Assembly: GCA_024679065.1 (NCBI GenBank)
Contig: JAGIQG010000038.1
Coordinates: 4,960,001-5,024,000, forward strand
Origin: Sphyrna mokarran
Taxonomy: Eukaryota
Direction of reading: 5' to 3'
Length of the DNA: 64,000 nt
In this document: positions 1 through 12,316 of the stretch, one piece after another
Position numbering within the stretch: position 1 is the first letter of the stretch
How the letters are laid out: each line of letters opens with the position of its first letter
Translations under genes and position numbers: made by a program
The notes under the pieces: model-generated
Told to the model about the DNA's origin: nothing
Databases searched by the model: none
Seen by the model: only the letters and a program-made list of their open reading frames with translations

Positions 1-622
1 CTGATTTCGTTCGAAATCTGTGTTTGTAAGAGTCGTACTCTATGATTTCATTCTCAAAAAAAACTGACTAAATTGTAACGCACGTTAGCATCTTTCTAAG
101 CAGCTTTTGTTTTTAAAAATTGAAATAAAATTACAAGAGGAAAGGCTAGTTTTTTTTTCTATCGTTTATGGAGTATGCTGCAAAGGCTACAGCTAATGTG
201 TAGGTGCAATACTTTTCTCTCTGACACTTTATTGTGACATTCTGAACTATACCTCAATTTTTGAAATTTGCCCTCTTCAAAAAGTTCTGAATTTTTTTGA
301 GCAGCAGCTGTTAGCTGACTGGAAGCTGTTGCGCAGTATAACTGAACAGTACTAATGAGCCGAGGAAAATTAGAAATGTTGCATATTGTCAGGCTGTGCA
401 ATCTAAATTCAGCTCCGAGCAGTATGCTTCTGGGCAAGAATGTCAATTTCAAACCAAGGTTTTTGGGAGAGGACTGAGAGACCTTCAAGTTTAAACTTAG
501 TGTAACCATGAAGAGAGACACAATAAAGACAGTGAATAAATTTAATCAGGTTATTGTGAAATACGTAATTTTAACATTTGTTTTAGTTAACTAGTTACTT
601 TGAACGTCAGAAAATGGCCATT

Positions 623-948
623 GGGGTGGCACAGTGATTAGCACTGTTGTCTCACAGCACCAGGGACCTGGATTCAATTCCAGCCTCGGTGACTGTCTGT
701 GCAGAGTTTGCACATTCTCCTGTGTCTGCGTGGATTTCCTCTGTGTGCTCTGATTTCCTCCCACAGTCCAAAGCTGTGCAGGTTAGGTTGATTGGCCATG
801 CTAAATTGCCCCTAGTGCCAAGATGTATTGGTTAGGGGGATTAGCAGGGTAAATACATGGGGTTACGGGAATAGGGGCTGGGTGGGATTGTTGTCAGTGC
901 AGCCTCGATGGGCCAAATGGTCTCCTCCTACACTGTAGGGATTCTATG
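623..948 (+). mobile_element. tRNA-derived V-SINE (HE1-like, elasmobranch)
   Basis: A/B-box-like head (tggcacagtg...ggattcaattcc), V-domain (gagtttgcacattctcc...ttcctcccacagtccaaag), CR1-like tail ending gattctatga. Confidence 0.85.
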
Positions 949-1280
949 AAAAATGGCAAACCCAGTGACCAATTTTGTAATGTTGGTACAAATATGTTTT
1001 CCATTCCAAATTGAGCACAAGAATTTGTAATAGAAAGTTGGCACTCACAATGTGACAACATGAAGTGTACAGAAATGTAAGAGTTTGAATATGTTACATG
1101 CAGCAATTAGAATTTTGCCTTCATGTAAAATCCAACAAATGTGTTTTTGGCGGTAATGTGGGGGTAGAATGAAAATTAAAAGCTGTTGCATATCACAGTG
1201 CTACTTTTTGTTGTAACTTTTGATGGTTTTGAATTGGACTGAATATAAAATTCTGGAATTGGGTTATAATTCTATTAAAG

Positions 1281-1424
1281 TTGCCATGGAACCAGGAGAA
1301 TGTGACATAAAATTTGATGCAGCTATCAGCCAGGAACGAGAAGTGTGCCCAGCAAATGATCCTGTAAAAACAAGCGAAGAAACTGAGGAAGGGAAAAAGA
1401 GGAAGAGGAAGCCATACAGACCTG
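1281..1424 (+). CDS. kmt2d: KMT2D coding exon (approx. human exon 20): AMEPGECDIKFD...EETEEGKKRKRKPYRP(G)
   Basis: Acceptor tctattaaag|, donor cctg|gtaaga, phase 1-1; KKRKRKPYRPG motif shared by KMT2C/KMT2D. Confidence 0.9.
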
Positions 1425-1779
1425 GTAAGAAATTTAATAGATTGCAAGAAGTTTTTTGTAAAAGGCAGCAAAATGTTCATACTTTTGATTTAAAAGCTGA
1501 TTGAAATGTATATTTTTGTCAAATTGATGGCAGTTTATTTATGTAAGTATCGTAAACCTGCAGCACAGTACATTGGTGTAAGTGCTTGACTATACGTTCT
1601 AAGGTGCATCTTTTTTACCCAAGATTCTTGTCTGTGTTTTAACTTTTGGTTCAATGCCACTTCAGTCCGAGTTGCTGCTGTGCAACTTTCAACAGCTGAT
1701 TGCAGAGCAGTATATACAAAGAAACTGAAATAAGTTAAATCTAAGAATTTATATGAGTTAGTACTAAAATAGAAATATA

Positions 1780-3745
1780 AATAATAGGAGCAGGAATAGA
1801 TCATTTGGCCCTTTAAGCCTGCTCCACCATTCAATGTGATCATGGCTGATCCTTATCTCAGCGCCGTGCTAATGCATTCTCCCCATAACTCTTGATACCT
1901 TTTAGAGTCTGGACAATTATCTATTTCCTCCTCAAACCTCTACAGCCTTATGTGATAGAGAATTCCATAGGTTCACCTTAAATGGCCTACCCTGTACCCT
2001 GAGAATGTGACTTCTTGTTCTATATTCTTCAGCCAGAGGAAACAACATCCTTGCATACAGTCTATCTCTGGCCTTGTCAGAATTTTTTACATTTCAATTA
2101 GGTCGACACTCATTCGTCTAAATTTGTTCATACGTGCCCAGTTGACCCAAATCGTCTTGTATGATAATCCTGCCAAGCCCGGAATCAGTATGGTGACCCT
2201 TTGCTATACTCCCTCTATGGCAAGTATACCTTTCTCACAATACTCAAGATGTGGCCTCACTAAGGTTCTATATAGCTGAAGTAGGACACTCCTTTTTCTT
2301 GTACTCAAATCCTCTTGCGATGAAGACCATAGTACCATTTGCCTTCCTAACTGTTAGATGTGCCTGCATGCTTGTTTTAGTGACTGATGCACTGGGATAC
2401 CCAGGTCCCTTTTGTACATCAGCATTTTCCAATCTTATCCCCATTTAAATAATATTCTGCCATTCTTTTTCTCCATCCGAGGTGAATAACTTCCTCGTTA
2501 TCTCATGCATCTGCCATGTAGTTACCCACTCGTTCAATTTATCTAAATCACCTTGTAGCCTCTAACTTCCTTCTCACCACTCTCATTCCCACCAAGTTTC
2601 GTGTCCTCTGTAAACTTATAAATATTATGTTTGGTTCTCTCATCCAAATCATTGATGTATATTGTAAATAGCCTGAGCCCAAGCGCTGATTCCTGTGGGA
2701 TTCCACTAGTCCCACCTGTCACTTTGAAAAAGGCCCTACTCTGTTTCACTTCTACTGTTTCCATTTTAGGCTAATTGGCAAAACAAATTCTCCCTAAGTT
2801 GTCTCAAATTTGGTTTTTAATCCATAGATCTATAAACATAGACAGGGATCATGGGTAGAGGTGGGAACATCGGGGTGGCGGTGCGGGCTCGTTGGGCCGA
2901 AGGGCCTGTTTCCTGTGCTGTTTTGTTCTTTGTTCATTGTGCTAACTAATTCTCAAACCATGCCAATATATTACCCTAACCCCATGTGCTTTAACTTTGC
3001 ACATTAATCTCTTATGTGGGACTTTATCTAAAGCTTTCTGAAAATCCATTTGTTCACCCTTATCTACTCTAATAATTAAGTCCTCAAAAAAAAAAACACT
3101 CCAGTGGGTTTATTAAATATGTTTTCTCTTCAATCGAGAACAAAGAAACCTACAGCACAGGAATAGACCCTTTGGCCTCCGAACCTGCACCAACCATGCT
3201 GCCCAACTTAACAAAAACTCCCTGCACTTCAGGGGACCATATCCCTCTATTCCCATCCTTTTCATGTATTTGTCCAGATGCCCCTTAAAAGCCAACTACC
3301 ATATCTGCTTCTACTACCTCCCCTGGCAGTGAGTTCCAGGCACCCATCACCTTTGTAAAATATCTCATACATCTCCCTTTAAACCTTGCCCCTCGTGTTT
3401 TAAACCTGTGTCCCCTAGTAATTGACTCTTCCACCCTGGGAAAAAGCTTCAGACTATCCACTCTCCATGCCTCTCATAATCTTGTAGACTTCTATCACGT
3501 CTCCCCTCAACCTCCATCGCTCCAGTGAGAACAAACCAAGTTTCTCCAACCTCTCCTCATAGCTAATGCCCTCCATATTTTGACCTTGTCTAATCTTGCT
3601 AATTTTTTTTAAGTATCCTGTTATTACATCCTGTATAATAGACTCTAGCATTTTCCCTACAACTAGTGTTATGCTAATCAGTCTGTAATTCCCTGTCTTT
3701 TTTTTAAATAGTGGGATTACATTTGCCACCCTCCAATCTACACTT
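1780..3745 (-). mobile_element. Degraded CR1 LINE ORF2 (RT), interrupted by a SINE 3' piece (2765-2940) and a younger CR1 3' end (about 3133-3575)
   Basis: Minus-strand peptides TSGIPQESALGLRLFTIYINDLD, KFTEDTKLGG, DWRVANVIPLFKK, SYEERLEKLGLFSLERWRLRGD. Confidence 0.85.
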
Positions 3746-3869
3746 AACAGTGCCTTTTCCTTGCTCACTCAGGCTATTGGCGGAGCAATGAAGCATATAT
3801 ATTTGTGGCAGTAATATACACGTACACAAAACTGTACAGTTTGTACAACTGAAAAATAGTTAATTTTGC

Positions 3870-5354
3870 AAAGTCAAGTCCGGGGCCTGATGGCATTTAT
3901 CCCAGGATGCTTAGGGAGTGCGAGGTGAAATTGCTGGGCCTCTGAAGCAAATCTTTGTCTCTTTGGACACAGTTGAGGTCCCAGAGGTCTGGAGACTAGC
4001 TAATGTTGTACTGTTGTTTAAAAAGGATAGTAGGGATAACCCTGGAAATTATAGGCTGGTGAGTTTGATGTCAGTGGTAGAGAAGCTGTTGGAGGGGATC
4101 CTTAGAGATAGGATGTATAGGCACTTAGAGCGTTGCGATCTGATTAGGGATATGCAGCATGGCTTTGTTAAGGGGAGGTCGTGCCTTACGAATCTGGTAG
4201 AATTTTTTGAGGAGGTGACAAACGGTCGACGAAGGACGAGCCGTTGATGTTGTCTATGTGGATTTCAGTAAGGCGTTTGACAATGTCCTTCATGGGAGGT
4301 TAGTTGAAAAGGTCAAGACTCCATGGGATACAAGGACAGGTAGCTAGATGGATAAGTAACTGGCTTGGTAATAGGAGACAGAGTAATAGTGGAAGGGTGT
4401 TTTTCTAGCTGGAGGTCGGTAACTAGTGGTGTGCTGCAGGGCTCGGTACTGGGACCTCTTCTATTTGTAATATATATAAATGACTTGGAAGAGGGAATAA
4501 GTGGAGTGATCAGCAAGTTTGCAGACGATACAAAGATGGCTGGACTTGCTGATAGTGAGGAGCATTGTCAGGCGATGCAGCAGGACATAGATAGGCTGGT
4601 AGCTTGGGCAGATAGATGGCAGATGGAATTCAATCCTGATAAATGCGAGGTGATGCATTTTGGGAGAAAGAATGTAGGGGGGAGGTATAAGATAAAGGGT
4701 AGACCTATTAAGAGTATAGAAACGCAGAGGGACCTGGGGGTGCAGGTGAACAAGTCTCTGAAGGTGGCAGAGCAAGTGGAGAAGGTTGTGAAGAAAGCAT
4801 ATAGTATGCTAGCCTTTATAGGAAGGGGTATAGAGTACAAGAGCTGGCCTTTAATGTTGCAGTTGTATAAACATTGGTTAGACCTCATTTGGAATACTGC
4901 GTCCAGTTCTGGTCGCTTTACTACCAGAAGGACGTGGAGACTCTGGAGAGAGTGCAGAGGAGGTTTACCAGGATGCTGCCTGGTATGGAAGGTCTGAGTT
5001 ACGAGGAGAGGTTAGGCAAATGGGGGCTGTTTTCCTTAGAAAGACGTAGACTTAGAGAATTGATCTGATAGAGGTATACAAGATTATGAGGGGTATAGAT
5101 AGAGTAAACAGGGTTAAGCTTTTTCCTAGGATGGACTCGAATAGCACGAGGGGTCACGGGCTTAGGGTGAGGGGGGTAAGGAATAATTTGGATGCTAGAG
5201 GGAGTTTTTTCACACAGAGGGTGGTGGGGGTATGAAATGCGCTGTAAAGTGGTGGAGGCAGGTACTCTGGAGTTATTTAAGAAATACTTAGATGGGCACA
5301 TGAACAGAATGGGAATGGAGGGGTATAGAAAACTGATTTAAAATAGGGATCATG
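3870..5354 (+). mobile_element. Relatively young 5'-truncated CR1 LINE (RT, frameshifted)
   Basis: ORF pieces 3918..4247, 4365..4997, 4874..5068 with [46 protein letters not shown]. Confidence 0.92.
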
Positions 5355-5554
5355 AGCCTTGGGAGTCCCTGGGAAGTGTGTAAATAGATGATGATATTGA
5401 TGTACTTGTTTTTATCCTACAGGTGCTCTGGTCCACCTTGTTGTCTAACAAGGGGCATACACATGATGGGTCGTGAGAGGGCTGCTCTTGGATTTTTTCG
5501 AGAGTATCCTAGTGCTTCACATCGTCAGTGTACGCTTGACCTGGACCATTTGAT

Positions 5555-5868
5555 GGGCAACACGACAGCTCAGTGACTGTTGCTGTGCTGTGCAGATACA
5601 TGGATTTGTGTCTGTGGGAGTTTGCGCATTCTCCCCATGCTTGCGTGGGTTTTCTCCAGGTGCTCCGGTTTCCTCCCAAATCTCAAAGATCTGCTCTTAG
5701 GCTAATTGGGAAAACAAATTCTCCCTAAATTGTCTCATTTGGTTTTTAAGCCATAGATCTATAAACATAGACAGGGATCACAGGTAGAAGTGGGAACATC
5801 GGGGTGGCGGCGCGGGCTCGTTGGGCCGAAGGGCCTGTTTCCCGTGCTGTTTTGTTCTTTGTTCATTG
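5555..5868 (+). mobile_element. V-SINE, second subfamily
   Basis: V-domain gagtttgcgcattctccccatgcttgcgtgggttttctcc; tail gggccgaagggcctgtttcc...ttgttctttgttc. Confidence 0.8.
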
Positions 5869-6229
5869 TTCAACAGAGATTGAGGCACATTGTCTCATGT
5901 TATCAGACCTGAGAATTGGTATTAGATTCCAGTCCCAGATTTAGTTGGTTCGTTTGAGAATTCTGTAACCTCCCTTGAATCTGACTCTATTCGAGGGATG
6001 TTTGCTAGTTGGAGGAGTACGTGATATCTGATCAAAAGGAAACTGATGTAAGCGCATGTCACAAATGCATCTTAAAGAAAGTAATCATGTACAGTCTTTG
6101 GCAGTTGCCTGTTGGAAAGTCTGTAACCCATACCTTTGTCCCATTTTGGCCTGTAGAGATTTAATGGGGGAACAACCAATCTTTCTGTGGCTGCAGACAT
6201 AAATCTAGAATGGCATTTTGTCTCCTTGT

Positions 6230-8440
6230 TGCTCAGGTCAAGGATGGCAGTGAATGGCTGCAGAGCACCCTAAGCGGGGAAATTGAACAGCCCTCAGTTC
6301 TGGTCCAAATTGGTACCAATGATGCAGGTAGAAAGAAGGATATGTCCTACAATCAGAATTTAGAGAGCTGAGTAGGAAATTAGCAAACAGGATTTCAAAA
6401 GTAGTAATCTCTGAATTACGCCTAGTACCAAGTACAAGTGAGTGCAGAAATTGGAGGATAAAGCAGATGAATGCATTACTGGAAAATTGATGCAGGGGAG
6501 AGAGCTTTAGATTCCTGAGACTTTGGGACCACTGAGGTGATAAACCCTGTACAGATCAAGACCTAAACAGAGCTGGGACATATTTCCTTGTTTGCAATTT
6601 GCTAATATTATTGGGGTAGATTTAAACTAACTTAGCATTGGTGTGGGAAGCAGGAGTCGTATTTTGGAGGAATACTAAGATGCGCAGAATACTGGAAGAG
6701 GCGGATAGCACTAGAATAGTTATTGGGTGGGTTCATCGTAAGGAGGAAAGTAGTAAAGCCTAAATTAGAGTTACTGTACATATAAGTGATAAGATGGAGA
6801 TATGATTTTGTAGCAATAAGGTGACCTGGCTGAAAGAAGGCCAGAACCGGACATAATTTTTGATTCAGGATAAATGGGAAATGAAGGAACAGGGAGAAGG
6901 AGTGGTAGTGTTAATTTATGAGAACATTATAGCGCTGGAGAGAGAGGATTTGCCAGAGGGGTCAAAGAATCCATTTGGCTAGGGGAGGAAAAAATGTAGA
7001 TTTGCATTGTTCATCCTAGTCAATAGGCCACCAACTAGTGGAAAAGATGTAGAGGAACAAATTTGTCATGAAATTGTAGAGAGGTGCAAGATTGAGAAAG
7101 TAGTTATGATGGGGGACTTGATTCAATATCAAGTGGAATAGCAAAATAAAAGGCAAAGTGTGGCATGAGTTCCTGTAGTTTGTTTGGTGAATTTTCTACA
7201 GTATGTTTCCAGATCAGTGAGAAGAAGGGAGGCACTGCTAGAATGAGATGGACCAAGTGTCAGTGGGAGAATATTTAAGGGACGAAAATCATTGTATCGC
7301 AAGGTTTAGGCTGGCTGTGGAAAAGAACAATCCAGAGGAAGAATAATTAACTAAGGGAAAGCTAACTTTAATGGGTAAAAATGGATCTGACCCAGATAAA
7401 ATAGGACCATAGATTGGCAGGTAAAAATTGTGCTGAATAATGAGCTGCCTTTAAAGAGAGTGCTCTGGCACAGTCAAGTAGAAGGCCTCAGAGAAAGGTA
7501 AGGCAAACAAATCCAGAGCTCCTGGATGACAAGGAGATAGAAATCAAGCCAGATGTCAGATCAGAAATAAAATTGAGAATCAGGCTGAATATGTAAGGTT
7601 CGGAGGGGAATTCAAAAAGAAAGTGAAAGCAGAGAGGATATGAAGAGAGACTGCTAGCCAACATAAAATGGAATCCCAAAGTCTTCTATCGGCCTAGTAA
7701 TAGTTAGAAGGTGGTAAGAGGAGAATGGGTCGATTCGGGTCCATATATAACACTGGGTGAATTATTCTTCTGGAGGTCAGTGCATACAGGACAGGCCATG
7801 TTGCTTATATTTACAAGCTGATAAGACACCAGGGCCGGATGAGGTGCATCCAAGGATACAGAGGGAAGTGAGTGGAAATTGTAGAGGCACTGGCCATAAT
7901 TTTCCATCCTTCCTTAAACTCCAGGATGGTGCTAGAAGACTGGAGAATTGCAGATGCACCTTTGTTCAAAAAGCATGTAAAGATAAGCCCAGCAACTGGG
8001 CCAGTCAGTTCAATCTCTGTAGTGGGTAAGCTTCTAGAAACAATAATTTGGGTCAAAATTAGTAGTTAATTGGACAAATGTGTTCAGGAAAGCCAGCATG
8101 TGTTTGTTGGGAGCAAGTTGTGTTTAACTAAGTTGCTGGGAATTTTTTGATGAGGTGAAAGAGACGGTTAATAATGGTAATTGATGAAAGACACAGTGGT
8201 GACATCAGGGAAAACTTATTCATGCAGTGAATGATTAGGATCTGGAATGTGTAGCTTGAGAATAGTGATGGGGGCAAGTTTAAGCGAGGCACTTGAGGGA
8301 ATTGGGTGATTATTTGAAATGGACAAATGCAGAGCTACGGGAGAAGGCAAGGGAATGATACTGGGTGAATTATTCTTCCAGAAGCCAGCACATACAGGAC
8401 AGGCCATGTTGCTACCTCCTATGCTGTAACCATTCTGTGA
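6230..8440 (+). mobile_element. Old, heavily deleted CR1 (ORF1 esterase remnant, endonuclease/RT fragments, 3' tail)
   Basis: QPSVLVQIGTNDAG (SGNH esterase-like VHIGTND), KTPGPDEVHPR, EDWRIADAPLFKK; tail ctcctatgctgtaaccattctgtgat. Confidence 0.75.
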
Positions 8441-8516
8441 TGAATAGAGGTGAGTTACAAAAGAAAAGTGATGCTTATAAATAAGAAAGAACAAATGCAT
8501 TTTTAACATTTTTCAG

Positions 8517-8636
8517 GAATTGGTGGATTTATGGTACGGCAAAGGCAGTCGCGGACAAAAAATATAAATAAAGCTTCTATAGCACAACCTGGAATGCCCA
8601 CTGAATGTCCAAACACTGAGAGCAACAAAGAAGAAG
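8517..8636 (+). CDS. kmt2d: KMT2D coding exon (approx. exon 21): (G)IGGFMVRQRQSRTKN...SNKEE
   Basis: tttcag| ... gaag|gtgagt; 120 nt, phase 1-1; completes RKPYRPGIGGFMVRQR with the previous exon. Confidence 0.95.
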
Positions 8637-9629
8637 GTGAGTTTATGCTTATTTGGGTCTAAAATCCAAGCATAATGTAAAACAACCAAGAATGTAGAGC
8701 ATTTCTCCAAATGAACAGTCTAAGGCTTTGTTCTCTTTGTAAAATAAATGTTCTCATTAAATTGTTCTGATCTCAAAAATTAATTTTGCCTGTTCTGTCA
8801 ACATGCAGATTCCAGGACCAATTTTAACCTACATTGTCAGATGTATCTGATTTATTTTTATTTTTAGTGGTGGAAGCTGTTCTGAAGTGGTACACTGCTG
8901 CTCATTTTCCTTGATCTGCCTGACTCTACATTTCTTCTACCTCCCTACTCCAAATTGGTCCTCTTCCTTATTTCTGCCCTTTACTCCCTCACAGCTTCTA
9001 ATTGCTCTTCATGTTTCCTGAGGTATCCCATCTTCATTGAACTTCTTCCTCTATTTCCTGGTCAAATTCAAATATGACCTTAAGGAGAAACAAAAGTTTA
9101 AAATATCACTATTCAAAACCATTAAGTTAAACCCTTAAATCTGCTAACAGTTACACACTTTCATTCCTCGTGATCTATAATGGTTCTTTAATATTTGTTA
9201 CATTTTTGAAATTTTATTTTCCTGAAATATAAATCAAAATTTTCTGAAATGTTCTCAGAAGAATTTTCTTTATCTGTATGTTTACAGCCCAAAGAAGGAG
9301 ACATTGCTAGATTTGGTTCTGGAGACTGAGGTGGATCAAGTATCAGTTGGGGGAACATTTAGGGAATGGTGATCGTAGTTTTATAAAATTTGGTTAGCCA
9401 TGGCAAAGGACAAGGAACAATCTGGAATAAAAGTATCTAACTTAGATGGGCACTAATTTCAGTGGGATGAAATGAATCTGACCCAAGTTGTTTTGTAAGT
9501 GGGAAAGATGGAAGACAGCAGTCTTCAAGATGGAGAGTGTTTGCTTGAAACGTTGTTCTGGGTAATATTCAGTGCCAAAGCTGTGCAAGGTTTTTATAAG
9601 TACAATTGTTTTCGATCTCAAGACCTAGA

Positions 9630-10165
9630 TTCAAAGATGTTTACAGCACAGAAAGAGAACATTCAGCCCATTATTTTCATGCCAGTTAACAAAGATCTGA
9701 TTACACTAATCCTGTTTTCCAGTGCCTGGCCCATAGCCTCAGACTATGGCACCGCAAGTGAATATCTAAATACTTGTTCATGCTACGGGAGTTTCTGACT
9801 CAATCACTCTTTCAGGCAGTGAGTTCCAGGCTCCCAGCATCCTCTGGTTAAGAGAATTTTTCCCCAACTCCCCTCTTACTGTAAATCTATGCCCCTGGTT
9901 ACTTGCTGTACGAATTGAAAAAGTACCTTCCCAACCACCCTATCTATGCCCCTCAGAATTTTACATGCCTCTATCAGGTTCCCCCTCAACCTTTGCTACT
10001 CCAAGGAAAACAGCACCAACCTATTCAATCTTGCCTCGTAGCTCAGTCATTTCAGCCTAGGCAGCATCCTGGTAAATCTCTTTTATACTCTATCTCCTGT
10101 ACAATCACATCTTTCCTATAACGTGACCAGAATTGTGCTCAGTGCTCCAGTTGTGGCCTAATCAG
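9630..10165 (-). mobile_element. CR1 3' fragment, antisense
   Basis: caggcagtgagttccagg, aaccaccctatctatgcccctc, ggcagcatcctggtaaatctc (reverse of RFTRMLPG). Confidence 0.75.
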
Positions 10166-10775
10166 TGTTGGGTGGTCGAACCTTGCCAAGCTTTTGAAAA
10201 AGCTCTAAAGAGATCATGCTTTGATCTATTTGATGCATCCTGTAGGACAAAAACTATCCACAAAAATAAGTACTTCTTGATTTTTTTTTTTTGTCTCAAG
10301 ACTGTATACCCATGCTTCCCAGTACTGCACTGATGCATCAGTTTAGATTAAATGTCCAAGCCCTTGAACCTATATCTTGACTGAGATGAAAGTGTAGCCA
10401 ATTGAATAAACTGCCACTGCAATTGAAAAGTCAGGAGTACCTCTCTAATATTCTCCATGTTCTAATTGAGTCATGACAAGGGAGCATAAATATTGGCATA
10501 TATATTTTTCAAACAGTTAGCAATTTGTGAGGTTCATTTTGTTTAAATCTGATATTACAACTGCCTTCAGATGCTATCAAAACCAAAACTGCGAGGGAGC
10601 TAAACCATTATTCCAAGGACTGTCACTAAGTCAGAATTCTTTAGTGACAATGATAACTCTTAACTCTTGATGTAGCTCCTTTGCATAGGTAGGTAAGCAA
10701 TGCCGGAACCTTGTGTGTGGTATACGTTGTTAATAATTATTCCGTGAACAATCCCAACCTCCTTGATTCTTGTAG

Positions 10776-10909
10776 GTACTCAAATAGAGCTTCCAGCTGA
10801 GGGTGCCAGTGAAATACCTGTGATAGGAGCAGATGTAGGTGAGAAGGCAAAGAAACGGCAACGTCGAAAGAAAAGCAAGTTGGAGGATTCCTTTCCAGCA
10901 TACCTGCAG
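10776..10909 (+). CDS. kmt2d: KMT2D coding exon (approx. exon 22): ...EKAKKRQRRKKSKLEDSFPAYLQ
   Basis: ttgtag| ... ctgcag|gtactg; 134 nt, phase 1-0; KKSKLEDxFPAYLQ conserved motif. Confidence 0.93.
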
Positions 10910-12316
10910 GTACTGACATTCTGCTGTGCACGCAGGTGATGATATAATTCTGATAACACTTGTCAGAAGAAAATTACTTGAAAAGGATCTGGAATGCCAA
11001 GTTTGTAGCTAATTGGTTTATTCCTGCAGAAATTAACATGATTGATCCCACAATCTTTTGAATGTCATTTTTAACTGCTCTTCCTGATCAGAAAACCCTG
11101 TTTCATGTTTTTTGTTTTCTTGATCATAATCAAATGTTTGTAGGTAGTTGCTTGCAAACGTAAGGGCCGAAAGGATTAAGTGCTCAATGTTTACAATATT
11201 GTTTGCTTCTATTGTTATTGATCTTCACAAACTGTTCATTTAATTTTACGAAGCTTCACAGCAATTGGTATGTTTCAAGCATGCTGTGTCATCCAGGCAG
11301 TCAAGCCATAATCTAGCCAGACCCGCAAGTGGGGGTGTACAGGCGCGTGACAGATTTTTCAATTAATTCTTCATTTCTGTGAAGATGCACTTGACCTTTG
11401 ACCAGCATTTCTCCATAATGCCACTTGCATGACCTGTCTTACCATTTTATGGCATTGCACTGTAGTTTTTAAAATGTTGTAAGTGTGCAGCTAATTATCT
11501 TGAAAGTTGGATTGTGAGAATTGGTTTTTAAATGTTTGAGTAGTAGAGTATGCTTCCTGCTGCTGCAGGTTGTCTAAATGTGGTTTGGGGTTCTGGTACT
11601 CTGTGGGGCAGAATTTATTTCAAGTGCTATATTTTGACCATTTCAATATGTAGGAAACGATGCAGAAATCTGTGCACAAAAATTATCTCATTGCATTATG
11701 TATTTAAAGTGTGACAATAATTAGAAAGCTAAGTAGTAATGACTTGCATTGGAGTCAGAGATTAGTTAAAGTACATGTGATTTTATTTTTACGTGGGAGC
11801 TTTAACCTATGTGGGTATTATTTAAGATGGAAGACTATGTCTATGCCTTGTGTGTCCATGATGCAAAGTGATCACTTGAAAAGATGACTACTTTCAGGTT
11901 ATTGAGAAATAGCCTGCAGTTCTTTGTCTGGTTCCTTTTCCAGATTTTTACTGAAGTTTTAACATTGCTGTGATTAGTGTTGTAAATGACCAAATACTTG
12001 GTGAAAAAGTTAATTTAGAATTTCAGCTTTTATCCAGTGTCTTTTCAGGGGCCATTTTTGTTTCAGTTTTAAATCTACTTGTAATAGGAATATTGAGCAA
12101 ATCTGTCCAATTTTGTGACTGTTGATCAACTTTTTTCATTATACTTTTGGTAAAGTCTTAATTTTTTTTTCTCATTCTTACTGGAAACTAATGGAAACAG
12201 AAAATACCTAATCACATTTCACAAAAGTTTCCTCCTTCCAAAAATTCTGACCTCTAATATTGCAGCAAAAGATTTAATCAGTTGCGTTGTCGCAAAAGGG
12301 ACAGCAGAATCAACAT

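Noticed and set aside
5423-5447. Poison exon at acceptor ttttatcctacag|gtgctc (in-frame TAA after 8 codons)
   Set aside because: No convincing donor identified; such acceptor-like sites are common by chance.
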